A stretch of 64,000 bases of DNA from Mobula hypostoma. Its lineage: Eukaryota. The notes below the pieces were generated by a model, which was not told the origin of the DNA, searched no databases, and saw only the letters and a program-made list of their open reading frames with translations. Of the stretch, positions 1-12,559 are shown one piece after another. Made by a program: the position numbers and the translations under genes. Location: contig NC_086118.1 of the NCBI RefSeq assembly GCF_963921235.1, forward strand, positions 29,142,001 to 29,206,000, written 5' to 3'. Position 1 is the stretch's first letter. Every line of letters starts with the position of its first letter.

Positions 1-109
1 ATATCATCCCCTCAAACTCAAAAGACAACTAAAACTGAGCTGTAACCTCAAAGGAGGTAAATAGAGGAGAAGCTGCAGAGTAGTTAGCCTGAAAATACAA
101 TATCATGGA

Positions 110-345
110 AGCGATAAAAGATATTGATAGGGTTGGGAAGAATCAGCTTCATTTATGAAAATGAAATCACAACAGACAGATGCATGAGATTGTAACAAGT
201 AGAATGGATGAGGGGAAACCAATGGGTGTGATTGGTCAGGTGTTTCTCTTTAATGTGCCATCTGTGCCATAAAGTGGAATTAAGCACATGATTGGGAATA
301 TCAGTGTGGATTAAGGATTAGTTAACATTCAAAAATTAGTTAACT
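110..345 (+). mobile_element. Degenerate CR1 LINE ORF2 fragment (resumes at ~1208-1330 after an insertion)
   Basis: Resembles the CR1 RT region seen elsewhere in the window (gatgaggggaaaccaatg...ggattaaggattagttaac / agcagaaaacag); heavily decayed. Confidence 0.5.
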
Positions 346-346
346 T

Positions 347-1207
347 ATGGTCAAGATGGCGCCAGTGTACAACACTCCCTCGGTCGGCATCTACCAGATA
401 GTTCATGAAAAGTAAATTTCTTTTGTACTTCTCTTACATCTGGTTTTCACTTTAAATGTGCTCTGGGGATGGCTGGAGCCTGAAATTTACAGTTTGGAGA
501 CTGTTTGAGGAACCCAGCTCTTTTCTGTCTTCGAGAAGAAGATCCTGGGAAGCGAACACGTACTTGGACGGCCTCGATGCGAAGAAACGTTGAGATGGAG
601 TACAAACCGATGTTCCACTTTATTTCACCAGTTAGAGCGTCCATTAATTGTCGAAGAAGTACAAGACATCGAGGCAAATGCGGATGGCAAGCGAGAGTTC
701 AGCACTGGCTGCAGGAGAAGGAATCTGTGAGTGGCCTTTTGCTGTGTGGTTCACTGTGGCAGGCAGGTCGGCCTCTCTGCCTCGTGTGGTGTCCCTCTCT
801 TTTGATGATGAAGATGATATCAGAGGATGGTACCGTGGTTCTGCATTTATGGATTGGACTATTGCGCTCATGGTTTTTATATTCTGTGTTTTTCATCACC
901 AGTTCCTTTTCTGTTTTGTTGTGTGAGGGGAGGGTGTTTGAGGGTTGATGTTTGTAGTTTCTTTTTGTGCAGGGAGGGGTTGTTTTTTGGGGGTTGATGT
1001 TCTTGTTCTGTTTTTGCGCAGGGGAGGGTGGGTTTTCGGGGTTGAAGATCGGGATGCCATTCTTTTTTGTGCGCAGGTGTGTGGGTTTGATCCTTTCTGA
1101 GCAGCTTTCATATTCTTTCTTTGGTTTGTGGCTACCTGGAGAAGACAGATTTCAGAGTTATATATGGATACATGCTTTGATAATAAATGAACCTTTGATC
1201 CTTTGAA
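347..1207 (+). mobile_element. Non-autonomous non-LTR retroelement with a Rex1/Babar-type 3' tail
   Basis: Starts near AAGATGGCGCC (353-363); GC/CpG-richer non-coding body; ends ...ctttgataataaatgaacctttgatcctttgaa, matching the 3' tails of the Rex1-like copies at 2028, 3887, 5834 and 20843. Confidence 0.65.
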
Positions 1208-1326
1208 TAGACAGCAGAAAACAGAATGGAGAAAGCTCAGACATTTTAGGATTGGGACTGGGAATCTGTAGCAAATAAAACACTGTGGGGGCTGGGCTGT
1301 TTATTATTTATACTGTATGTAAATGA

Positions 1327-1640
1327 TTTGTTTATTTATTTAGGAATACAGCACAGAGTATACAGGAGCCTTCTAGCCCTTCAATCTCTGCCACACCAGC
1401 AGCCCCTGACCAACCCGGTTAACCCTAACCTAATCACAGGACAATTTACGCTGACCAATTAACCTACCTGGTAGGTCTTTAGATTGCGGGATGAAACCAG
1501 AGGACCTAGAGAAAACCCATGTATTTAACCGGGAGGATGTACAGAGACTCTTTAGAGAAAGGTACCGGAATCAAACTCTGAACTCCGGAACACCATGCTT
1601 TGTGATAGCATTGTGCTAACAGCTATGCTGCTGTGGCTCA
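1327..1640 (-). mobile_element. tRNA-derived V-SINE (HE1-like)
   Basis: The reverse strand gives a tRNA-like head (gcatagctgttagcacaatgc) and the V core (gggttttctctaggtcctctggtttcatcccgcaatctaaagac); homologous to the copy at 63791-64000. Confidence 0.75.
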
Positions 1641-2027
1641 CTTAGAAGAAGAGACTAGGTCTAATATATCCAACTGTCTTATCGTGCAATGCTAAGCAGC
1701 ATTCAAAGTTGTAAGATTCATCAGTATTGATCCTACTACCCTCATGTCAGTAGTGCAATATGACCTATCTATCTTCAGATTAAGTAGCCACATAATTATA
1801 TTAGTATGTATTTACATTTTAACAGATATCATTAATCTTAAAGTGAATATTTACCGAGAGGAATCCCAAATAATTCCTTCCTAATTATATTATTAACAGC
1901 AACATACAGTATAATTCTAGTGCAGATCCAAAGCAGGTGAACTTGTGCTGGCGTAACAAAATGATGTCATTAGAATTCTGATCAAAGGTTACATTTTTTC
2001 AGGGAAACATTAGACAACATAAAATTA

Positions 2028-2612
2028 AAGGTTCAAGGTAAATTTATTATAAAAGTTCATACTTATATGTCACCATATACTACCCTGTGATTCCTATTCT
2101 TGGGGGCATTCTCAGTAGAATAAAGAAATACAATAGAATCAAAGAAAAACCACACACAGAGACAAAATAACCAATGTGCAAAAGAAAACAACCCGTGCAA
2201 ATGCAAAAAATAAAATTGATAGATGGATAGATAAATAAATAATATTTAGAACATGAGTTGTAGAGTCCTTGCAAGTGAGTCCAAAGGTTATGAATTCAGT
2301 TCAGTCCTGAGGTGAGTGAGGTTATCCACACTGGTTCAGGAGCCTGGCGGTGGAAAGATAATAATTGTTTCTGAGCCTGGTGGTGTGGGACCTAAGGCTC
2401 CTTCTTCTCAATGGCAGCAGTGAGAAGAGAGCATGGCCTGGATGATGTGGGTGGGGCATTGATGATGGATGATGCATTCTTGTGCTAACACTCCTTGTAA
2501 TGTGCTAAGTGGTGGGGAGAGCTTTTCCTTTGATGGACTGGAATCTATCCACTACTTTTTGTAGACAATGGTGTTTCTATACCAGACCATGATGCAACCA
2601 GTCAGGATAGTC
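2028..2612 (-). mobile_element. Rex1/Babar LINE 3' fragment
   Basis: Shared tail gttcaaggtaaatttattat... plus RT C-terminal sequence homologous to 3887-4460. Confidence 0.75.
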
Positions 2613-2684
2613 AGGCAGGAAATTGAAAGAATGTAACCACAATCAATATGTAAACAAAAACTGGATCATCAAATCATCAAAATT

Positions 2685-3355
2685 TAGAGCATAAATGTAG
2701 TAAATTCTATCCATTGAGTTTGTGCCAGTCAGAAAAATATCTACGTAGGCTAATCGCTATTTCCTAGTGTTCATCCTCAACCTTGTAAGTACTTTTTAAA
2801 TGTGGTGAGGATTTCTGCCTCCACTACCCCTGCAGACAATGAATTCCAGATCCCCCTCTCCTTCTCTAAATAACTATATCCTTATCACCCCTCTAATTTT
2901 TAAATCATTAAATCTACCTTTTAGTTATTAACTTCTTTGGTAAAGGAAGTTGGTACTTCCTGTTTACCCAGGTAAAAATTCCTGTAACATTGCACATTCT
3001 GATTTTAACCTATTCCCTTCCCCAACCTCACAGCAGCCACTTTTGCTCCAACAAACACCAAACGCAGCCTACATAACCTCTCCTCAAAGCAAAAATCTTC
3101 CAGCGATATTCTCATGAATAATCTCTGCATGCCCTCTAGTACGATTGTACCCTTCCTGTAGTGTTCGACTAGAACAGAACATAATGCGCTTAATGTGGCT
3201 AAATTCATGTTCGTACAGGATCACCCAGCATTTATGCTCTACCTTGCCAGTAAAACTTGGCATCTCACATGTCCTGTAAGAATATATCATCCACATGATT
3301 ACTACTATCAGGGGTGTAGGTATGCACATGCACTCCAAAATCTCCCTGTTCTTCT
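2685..3355 (-). mobile_element. Degenerate CR1 LINE 3' fragment
   Basis: Similar to the reverse complement of the CR1 3' ends at 40125-40800 and 43200-43840. Confidence 0.55.
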
Positions 3356-3886
3356 ATGTTTCCTTTTTGTTTAATTTCCTGAATCAATTGTACAGATGCC
3401 TAATTATTAATATAGACATGCATTAACTTGTCTCTCTATCAGTTGTTTCTCATTACTGCAGGGCATGGAAATATATACCACGTACCAATTCACCTGCAGT
3501 CCTGTTACCTTTACAATGCAGTTCCATCTGTTATGGCAATTATTTAAACAACCATTATATCATGATAAGAACGTGAAATTCAGCAACAAACCCTAAAATA
3601 TGCTATGATCTTAAGCATTCGAACTAATAAGAAAGCCCCTAAACCACACTGCTCGTTGCTCCTACTCAAACCAGCATTTCCTGTCTATCACCCTCAAAGT
3701 TCCATTAGAAACAACAAATCAATATTACATTCATGTTATCAATGCACACCAGATTTGTTTACAAATTTTTCGAGGATATAGAGGGGTTCTGATAAATCTT
3801 TCAAGAATGTGACTGCTAAAGGAAAATGCAGGGGCACTAAGAGTGAGTGTGCATGTCAATCAACAAGCAAAAGATAATATAGTTAA

Positions 3887-5045
3887 TGTTCAAAAGTTCA
3901 AAGTTCAAACAAAATTTATTATCAAAGCACATATATGTCACAATATACAAACCAGAGATTCACTTCCTTGGGGCATACCCCAAAAATCCAATAATCATAA
4001 TAGACTCACTGAAAGACCACACCAACAGGGCAGACGATTAGGGTGCAAAAGGCACCGAACTGTGCAAGTACAAAGAGAAAGAAAAGAAAGTGAGTCCATA
4101 GGTTGTGGGAACAGTTCAGTGAAGTGATGTTATCCCCATTGTTTCAAGAGCCTGATGGTTGAGGGATAATAACTGCTCCTGATCATGGTTGTGTGAGTCC
4201 TGAGATCCTGTGCCTTCTTCCTGATGGCAGCAGCGAGAAGAAAGCATGACCTCGGTGGTGGGGGTCCCTGATGATGGATACTGCTTTCCTGTCACAACAC
4301 TCTGTGTAGATGTGCTCCGTGGTGGAGAGGGCTTTACCTGTGAAGGATTGGGCTATATCCACTACTTTTTGCAGGATTCTCCATTCAAGGTGGTGTTTCC
4401 ATACCAGGCTGTGATGCAGCCAATCAATATACTCCCCACCACATATCTGTGAAAGTTAGCCAAAGTTATGGATGTCACATCAAATCTTCACAAACTCCTA
4501 AGGAACTGCCATGCTTTCCTTATAATTATACTCACCCAGGATTGATCCTCTGAAATGATAACGCTGAGGAATTTAAAATTGCTGACCCTCTCCAGCTCTG
4601 ACCCCCAGTGAGGACTGTCTATTGAAATTCTAATCTCCTCCCTCTGAAGTCAATAATCAGCTCCTTGATCTTGCTGGCATTGAGTAAGAGATTGTTGTGG
4701 CGCCACTCAGCTAGGTTTTCAGTCTCCCTCCTATGTGCTGATTTGTCAGCAGCGTTGACTCAACCTACAACAATGGTGTCATCAGCAAACTTAAATGTAG
4801 CATTGGAGCTGTGGTTAGCCACACAGTCAAACGTGTAAAATGAGTAGAGCAGGGGGATAAGCACACAGCCTCGTGGTACACCTGTGCTGATAGAAATTGT
4901 GTAGCAGATGTTGTTGCCAATCTGAACAGACTTCAGTCTGCACGTGAAGAAATGGAGTATCCAATTGCACAAGGAGGTATTGAAGCCAAGGTCTTGAAGC
5001 TTATTGATTAGTTTTGAGGGGATAATAGAACTGAATGTCAAACTG
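3887..5045 (-). mobile_element. Rex1/Babar LINE, 5'-truncated RT pseudogene + 3' UTR
   Basis: ORF 4760..5098 gives SSIIPSKLINKLQDLG..CNWIL.F...STGVPRGCVLIPLLYS.YT.DC...KFADDT, an RT core of Rex1/Babar type; the tail has (TTTGAAC)-like repeats. Confidence 0.9.
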
Positions 5046-5224
5046 TTACGATAAGGTTGATTCCAATATTCATTCAAGTCTCTCTCATAAGACCTCATTT
5101 TGTGTCCATTCTGAATTACCCTTCAGCAGGTGTCACCATTCTGAACTGCTGTAAATTGTGAGTAAAAATACTTCCACCAACTTTATATAGGGAATTGTAT
5201 AATTTTGACAATATAATGGGAAAT

Positions 5225-6260
5225 AAAATTGGTTTTCAGAAAAAAAGTGCTGTGGGTGACTTCAAAGGGGATTTGCAGATATTGATGGTCCCATGTGTCT
5301 ACTACATCTATCCTTCTGGAGAATAGAAGTGATTGGTTTGAGAGATGTTGTCTTGGTGAGTTTCTGCAGAGCATTTTGCAGTCAATGCATACTCATTATG
5401 GAGGAAAGAAATACGCTGTTTTGTCCTGAATGGTGTTAACCTTCTTGAGTGTTGTTGGGTCTGTATTCTTCCAAACAAAAGGAAGTTGTGCTTATTTTCA
5501 TGGACCAAGGAGCTTTGGAAAGTAAAGAGATGAATTACTCATAAAGGAATAACTAAACTTTGTTCCGATCATGTGGCTGGCCCAGTTAAGCATTTAAGCA
5601 ATGGTAAAACAATGAGTTTTGATGGTGATGGATTTAGTGGTAATAATGTTTTAAATGTAAAAGGAAGATGGTTAGCTCCCTCATATTGCTCATGTCCATT
5701 ATCTGGATCATGTAATGTGTGTTCCTTACTCAACACCAACCAATCCAAGTCTAAATGCTGCCTATGTCTTGCTGAATACATGTAGAGGATGCTTCATTAT
5801 CTGAGGCATTGCAAAGTGGAACTGAAGAATGACCAAAGTTCAAAGTAAATTTATTATCAAAGTACATATATCTCATCATATAGTACCCTGCGATTCATTT
5901 TCTTGTGAGCATTCATAGTAAATACAAATAAACACAATGGAACCAATGGAAAACTGCACACAACAAAGACAGACGAACAACCAATGTGTGAAAGACAACA
6001 AATTGTGCAAATACAAATATGAAAACATATAAATAAATAATATTGAGAACATGTTATAGAGTCCTTGAGAGTGAATGTAGTTGTCAATGAAAATCCCCAT
6101 TTTAGACTTGATTATAGAAAGATGATCATTGATGAAGCCCTAAGAGTATGGTTGAGCCTAGAAGTCCACCTTGAGGAACTCCTGCAGACATATCCAGGGA
6201 CTAGGAAGTTTGACTTCCAGCAAACACAGTCATTTGAGGTATATGCTCACTCTTAATTGA
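5225..6260 (-). mobile_element. Old LINE fragment (CR1/L2 superfamily) interrupted by a Rex1 tail
   Basis: Decayed LINE-like sequence on both sides of 5834-6070, including gaggaactcctgcag (reverse strand resembles the 'AGVPQG' RT motif). Confidence 0.45.
5834..6070 (-). mobile_element. Rex1/Babar 3' UTR (short 5'-truncated copy)
   Basis: caaagttcaaagtaaatttattatcaaagtacatata..., homologous to 2028-2280 and 20843-21055. Confidence 0.8.
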
Positions 6261-7044
6261 GTGACATATTTTTGCAAGTACCTGATCATACTCATGAATA
6301 TTTTAGAGAACGGAAAAAAAGACTGAACTTTTCCATCTTCTCAGAAGTTGCATTGTTAGCTGCAGCTTTTCAGGTGCAGAAATCTAGTTTATAATTTATG
6401 GGTAGAATGGCCTGTAAACCCATTTGTTTATATTTACATACCAGACAACATTTACATATCAGACAAGGAAATCAAAGTCCTGATCTCTGATCTGAAGCTG
6501 AATGAACATTTTCACCTGGATAACTCACTTTGACTCAGTTTGAGAACAGTTGAAGAAAGTTTGTGGCAGGGGAGTGGGTGGTTAATCAGCTAATATTTCT
6601 GCTCTGGTTACTTTTCAGATGAGATGGAATTCCAATCCGTTGCAATATATCACAATCAAACACCTCATTAATACGCAAGCTTAACATTCCAGAGGTTGAA
6701 TTACCATATGGTAATCATTTATTTTATGCGAGGAAGGTAGAAAATAAATAGAAAGAGGCTAAGGTATCAAAACAGTTTTACAAAAAGAAGAATAATAAAA
6801 TAATGTTTAGTCTTTTGAATGAAAAATAAATCATTTTATACAGAAACTATATTCTCAACTTGTGTCCTCCTTAATGGTGACCGCATTAATGATGATTAAT
6901 ATAAATAAATCTATGTTTTAAAATCAAAATTATTTGAGACCTAACTGAGAAATATTCCTTACTGTGGATCTTTGGTGTCATATTATAGTAAGACAAGTTA
7001 TGGATCCCTACCTGTTCCAACACCACGATAACACATTTCTAATA

Positions 7045-7690
7045 TCATTCATTTCCATCTCCCTCAACTCATCTGCTTGAGGTCTCTATATCCATTCAGC
7101 TCTGAATTGCTTACCTGCTGTTGAAGCTGTCATTCATGCCTTCCCCACCTCTAGATTCCAATGAATTCCTTTCAACATAACCTAAGTTCAATCAAAACTC
7201 TGCAGCCTGTATACTATTGCAAACCATTCACATTCAACAAATCTCCTGGAGGAATTCACAGGGTTGAGAAGTATCTGTGAGAGGGTAAGAACTGTCAACA
7301 TTTTGGGTCAAAAACAGCAGCGATTCCCCTCATAGCTGCTGTAGACCTACTGAGTTCTGCCAGCAGATTCACTGCTGCTCCAGTCTCTTTTGTCTGTAAT
7401 TCACATTCAAGTCTTGCTGACTGATTCTACTTCCCAGACCATCATATCTGTTTTACATTTATCCTCCTTGTTTCCAGATCATTCTATGGATTTAAACACT
7501 TCACCTCTTCCAGTACATAACTTCTTTGAAATTTCTGCAATTGGTTCTGGCGTCTTGTACACCTCTGATTTTCACCTATCCATTACTGACAGCTGTGCCA
7601 CTATGACCTAAGGTATGAACTCTGGAGCTGTCTTCCTACACCATTCTACTTCTTTCCTTGTTTAAGACACTCATTGAAACCTATATCTTG
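7045..7690 (+). mobile_element. Old L2 LINE 3' fragment
   Basis: cattcatgccttccccacctctagattc (IHAF.TSR.-like) and ...tgacctaaggtatgaactctggagc...tttaagacactc; similar to 24225-24565. Confidence 0.5.
7225..7385. mobile_element. Decayed Penelope pLTR-derived miniature inverted repeat
   Basis: ctggaggaattcacaggg...gtcaacattttgggtc ... gctgctgtagacctactgagttctgccagcag are two opposed pLTR ends homologous to the arms of 35618-36952. Confidence 0.6.
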
Positions 7691-7699
7691 ACTTATTTC

Positions 7700-8070
7700 T
7701 GATCATTTGATTATCGGGCTGCAGAGATTCAATAATGTTCTCAATTCTTCCTTGAAGAAGTGCTCTATTGTCTCTGACTCCTAGAAATCTCTGGCCCATG
7801 ACTTCCCAATGGGAGGAAGGAGAATTCACAATGGCATTCAAAATCTCAAGACAATGTAATAGGACCACACAAAAGTTGGAAAGAGAAGAAATGCATCAAC
7901 TCACAAACTAATCTTCAATCATCTCCAGACACCCATCTTCTCAATCACACCCTGCCTCACTTATGGAAGATAATTTGGATCCCTCATTAGCCTCATCAAC
8001 CACCTCATAATCCTCTTGCTTCCAGAGAGGAAGCAAGTCATCCTTGATCCCAAGGAATTGCCTTGGAAGG
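7700..8070 (+). mobile_element. RTE-clade LINE 3' fragment
   Basis: Ends ggaagcaagtcatccttgatcccaaggaattgcct; the same 3' end occurs inverted at 27655-27700. Confidence 0.55.
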
Positions 8071-8734
8071 GAGAACTATATACTGGAATACAAATTGTTG
8101 CTCTCTTGTTCAAGAAAATGAAAGCAAGGTAGGGTTATCAAGGCAAAGAACATTTTAGAAATCTGAAATAAAGGCAGTGAGATTTTTTACCATTGTAAAA
8201 AGCATATGATGATTTGGAAATATCAGTGTTTGCAAAAGGAATTGATGTGGGGACTTGATTTCTTAAATCGGTATAATTTGTGTTCCTTTATGTGATCAAG
8301 TACATTGAAGATTTCCTTTCGTGCGCAATCATCTTGCACATCAATCGCAAAGTATGACAGACTCTTTCTGGAATGAACATACTATTGGGAATCCCCAATG
8401 CAGTGAGTCATCAGAATCTTTACTGTAGCATGTCATTCCTACATTCTGTAAGTGTTTAGTGGACCACTTTTTACTTGATTATATCTATACTGCTTGGAAT
8501 GGTGAATCATAACATAAACATTGAAGTTATTCCTTGTCTCTATGCAACCATCAAGACATATTCCTAGAAGATATAAATATGACGTGAATCATTGACAATA
8601 GCACAATAAATGTAATATGATAGCTGCTTGGCCAATTTACATAAACTTGCAAGATCCTTTCTTTGTGATCTTGAACCAGCTGTATGTTAATGAAAAGGTA
8701 GTTTTGTTATTTATGAATAAAAATAAAATATTTT

Positions 8735-8860
8735 ATTTGTACACCACATTCATGACTTCAAAAAAATCCAAAAGTAATTTGTAGACAATTAATTACTTTT
8801 GGAATATTGTCAGAAGAGTAGTGGGATGCGTTAGAGAATTTGTGCACCATAAGTTTCTGT
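8735..8860 (-). mobile_element. Deu-domain SINE (SacSINE1/AmnSINE1-like), 3' part
   Basis: cattcatgacttca...caattaattacttttggaatattgtc...aatttgtgcac resembles the DeuSINE tail; the remainder appears at 12560-12915. Confidence 0.5.
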
Positions 8861-8870
8861 TACGGCTTTT

Positions 8871-9075
8871 ATCAGTGGCGCAGTCACAGTCAAATCGGTG
8901 GAGGAAGCCTCATGCAGGTCTGGGAGTGAGAGATTTAAAAAAGGAGCTTTCACAGGATATCTGCTTTTCTCGGCAGTGCAGTCGAAGTCGGATCAGCGGA
9001 GGAGGCCTCACACAGGTCCGGGGATGAGAGATTTAAAAAAGGATTTTTCACAGGATTTTGTTTTTTTTTCAGCAG
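8871..9075 (+). repeat. Two ~98-bp tandem units in the CR1 5' UTR
   Basis: gagagatttaaaaaagga occurs at 8928 and 9026; the flanking gcctca..caggtc and tttcacaggat blocks also repeat. Confidence 0.85.
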
Positions 9076-9864
9076 TACCATCACAATTCATTAGCAAGGG
9101 CAAATAAAAATAAGGCAGGGACACGCGGAGCAGCTATTGTTGGTGAGGACTAGGGTTAGAGTGGGGATGATTTGGCTCAACAGGTTCAGGTGAGGTATGT
9201 ATCTGGTGAGTTTCTTCTTTATCATTCTTCTTCTTAATTCTTCGTTCTTCATCTGCTAGTGGATAATTAGAGCAGTTAGAATAGATCCAGGTCCTATGTT
9301 ACGTTCTGTGTGTGTGATGTGGGAATTCTTGGATACCTCTAGCCTCCCAGAAAACCAAATCTGCACCAAGTGCACCAAGCTGCAGCTCTTCAAAAAATAT
9401 GTTAAGGAATTGGAGCTGCAGCTTGATGACTTTTGGCTCATGTGGGATACTGAGAAGGTGATTGATAGGAGCTACAAGGAGGTAGTCACCCCTAAGTTAC
9501 AGGAGGTAGGTAACTGGGTGACTGTCAGGAGAGGGAAGGGAAATGAGCAGCCAGTACAAAGTACCTCTGTGGCTGTGCCCCTCAATAATAAGTGTACCTT
9601 TTTAGATACTGTTGAGGAGCATGACCTACCGGGGGTGGGGGAAGCTGCAGTGATTGGGTCCCTGGCACTGAGTCTGGCACTATGGCTCAGAAGGGAAGGG
9701 GAGAAAAGAAGACTGCAGAAGCAATAGGGGATCCCATAGTTAGAGAAGTAGAAATGAGATTCTGTGGATATGATAGAGACACCCGGATGGCATGCTGCCT
9801 CCCAGGTGCCAGGGTTAGGGACATCCCAGATCAGGTCCACTTCATCTTAAAGGGAGAGGGTGAA

Positions 9865-10536
9865 TAGATTAGATTAGGAGGACACTCAGTCCTCGTTTAT
9901 TGTCATTTAGAAATGCATGCATTAAAAAATGATACAATATTCCTCCAGAAAGATATCACAGAAAACACAGGACAAACCAAGACTAAAACTGACAAAACCA
10001 CATAATTATAAAATATAGTTACAACAGTGCAAAGCAATACTGTAATTTGATAAAGAGCAGACCATGGGCACAGTAAAAAAATGTCTCAAGTCCCAATAGT
10101 CCCATCATCTCACGCAGATGGTAGAAGGGAGAAACTCTCCCTGCCATGAACTCCAAGTGCCGCAAACTTGCCGATGCATTGGAAGCACCCGACCTCAGCC
10201 GACTCTGAGCCCATCCGAAAATCTCGAGCCTCTGACCAGCCCTCCGACACCGAGCACCGAGCGCCATCTCTGCTAAGCGCTTCGACCCTGCCCCAGCCAC
10301 CGAGCAACAAGCAAAGCCGAGGACTCGGGGCCTACCCCTCCAGAGATTCTGGACCACACAGTAGCAGCGGCAGCAAAGCAGGCATTTCAGAAGTTTCACC
10401 AGATGTTCCTCCGTGCTCTCACGTCTGTCTCCATCAAATCAGGATTGTGCATGGCACCCTACTTGATAGATAACAGATAGCATTCACCATAGTGGCCACT
10501 GCGAGCTGTGTCGCGCCGCCATCTTCTCCTCCCGCC
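9865..10536 (-). mobile_element. Full-length non-coding retroelement, copy A (inserted in CR1 ORF1)
   Basis: 5' GGCGGGAGGAGAAGATGGCGGCG; 3' AATAAAC + hairpin GAGGAC-TGAGT-GTCCTC + (AATCT)n; splits CR1 ORF1 between ..GEGE and the ..GTND region; homologous to 16981-17598. Confidence 0.85.
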
Positions 10537-12559
10537 AGAAGTCTTGGGACATATGGCACCAATGACATCAGCAGGAAAACCAAGGTGGTACTGAAGAGAG
10601 AATTTAGAGAGCTGGGTAGGAAGCTGGAAAACAGGACCTCCAGGGTAGCAGTCTCCGGATTCCTGCCTGTGTTACACACCAGTGAGGGTAAGAATAGAAT
10701 GATTTGGCACATTAGTGCATAGCTGAAAAACTCTTGCAGGGGATGGGGTTTCAGATTTCTGGATTATTGGAACCTCTTCCGGAGAAGGTATGAACTGTAC
10801 AAAAGAGACGGGTTACACCTGAACCCAATGGGGACTAATAGTTCAGGCAGGTTTGCTGGAGCTGTTGGAAGGGTTTAATCTAATTTGGCAGGGGGCTGGG
10901 AACTGGTATGGTAGGGATGAGAATAGGGCTGTTGGTTTACCAGTACAGGCAGTGTGTAGTGAAACCCTTAGGAAGGACAGGGAGATGGTAGAGAAAAATT
11001 AGAGTCAGTGGGATGACTTGCAGAGTAAAGGGGAGTAAAAGGGTGATGGTACAGGATTGAAAGTGAATAAGATAGATAATCTTGTAGCGCAGTTAGAGAT
11101 TGGCAGGTAGGATGTTGTAGGCATCACTGAGTCTTGGATAACAGAAGATTATATTTGTGAGCTTAACATCCAAGGATACACATTATTTCAAAGAGATGGG
11201 AAGTTAGGCAGAGGGGGTAGGGAGGCTCTGTTGGTAAGAACTGACATCAAATCCTTAGAAAGAGGTGACACAGGATTGGAGGGTGTAGGGTCACAGAGGC
11301 ATGTAAGAGGAACTGGCCGAAGCTGATTGGAAGGGACACGAGCAGGAATGGTGGCAGAGCAGCCATGGCTGGAGTTTCTGGGAGCAATGCAGAAGATACA
11401 GGATACATACATCCCAAAGGAGAATAAGTATTCTCAAAGCAGATTTAATGCAACTGTGCCTGACCAGGGAGGTCAAAGCAAACATAAAAGAAAATTAGAG
11501 GGCATATAATGGAGCAAAAATTAGTGGGAAATTATATGATTGGGAAACTTTAAAAATCCAATAAAAGGAAGCTAAAAAGCCATGGAGTAGCATTTCTTTT
11601 TACGTTATATGTTAATAATTTGGATGATGGAATTGATGGCTTTGTGGTCAACTTTGCAGATAATACAAAATAGGTAGTGTTGAAGCAGCAGGAAGGCTGC
11701 AGAAGGATTTAGACAGATCAGGAGAATGGGCAAAGAAGTGGCAGCTCGCATAGAATAGCAGGAAGTATACGGTCATGCACTTAAGTAGAAGGAATAAAAG
11801 CATAAACGATTTTCTAAATGGGGACAAACTTCAAAACCTGAGCTGCAAAGGGACTTGAGAGTTCTTGTGCAGGTTTCCCAAAAGGTTAATTTGCAGATTA
11901 AGTAGTGGTGAAGAGGACTAGAATATAAAAGCAAGGATGTAATTCTGAGGCTTTATAAGGCACTGGCGAAGCCTCACTTGGAGTATTGTGAGCAGATTTA
12001 GGCCCCTTATTGAAGAAAGGATGTGCTACATCAGGGAGGGTTCAGAGGAGGTTCACAAGAATGATTATGGGAATGAAGGGCTTATTGTATGAGGAGTGAT
12101 TGATGGCTCTGGATCTTTACTCAATGGAACTTAGAAGAATAAGAAGGTATGTCATTGAATCCTATTGAATGTTGAAAGGCCTAGATAAGGTGGATGTGGA
12201 GAGAATACTTCCTATGGCAGGGGAGTCAAGGACCAAATTTCACAGTCTTAGAATAGAGGAATGTCAATTTATAACTGAGATGAGGTGGAATATCTTTAGC
12301 CAGGGTGTGGTGAGCCTATGGTATTCATTGCCACAGGCAGCTGTGGAGGTCAGTTGGTTGGGTATATTTAAGGAGGAGGTTTATAGGTTCTTGATTAGTC
12401 AGGCCATGAAAGATTACAGTGAGAAGGTAGGAGAATAGGCTTGAGAGGGAAATTGATCAGCTATCATGAAATGACGGAGCAGCCTAGATGGGCCAAAAGA
12501 CCTAATCTGCTCCTCCGTTTTATGGTCTTATGATCTTTCATCATGATCACTTCATGATG

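Larger units (their letters stand above)
8865..12538 (+). mobile_element. CR1 LINE retaining 5' UTR, ORF1 (Zn-finger/coiled-coil + SGNH esterase) and an internally deleted ORF2; pseudogenised
   Basis: ORF1 pieces SVCVMWE..ICTKCTKLQL..ELELQLDD, IGDPIV..CLPGARVRD, GTND and DGLHLN; endonuclease piece at ~11070-11290; RT C-terminus ~11590-12440; tail ttatggtcttatgatctt. Confidence 0.9.

Noticed and set aside
1419..1434. Interstitial telomeric repeat (taaccctaacctaa)
   Set aside because: Fewer than three units, and part of the V-SINE body.
8871..9075. CRISPR-like repeat array
   Set aside because: There are only two long diverged units with no spacers, in a eukaryotic context with no cas genes.
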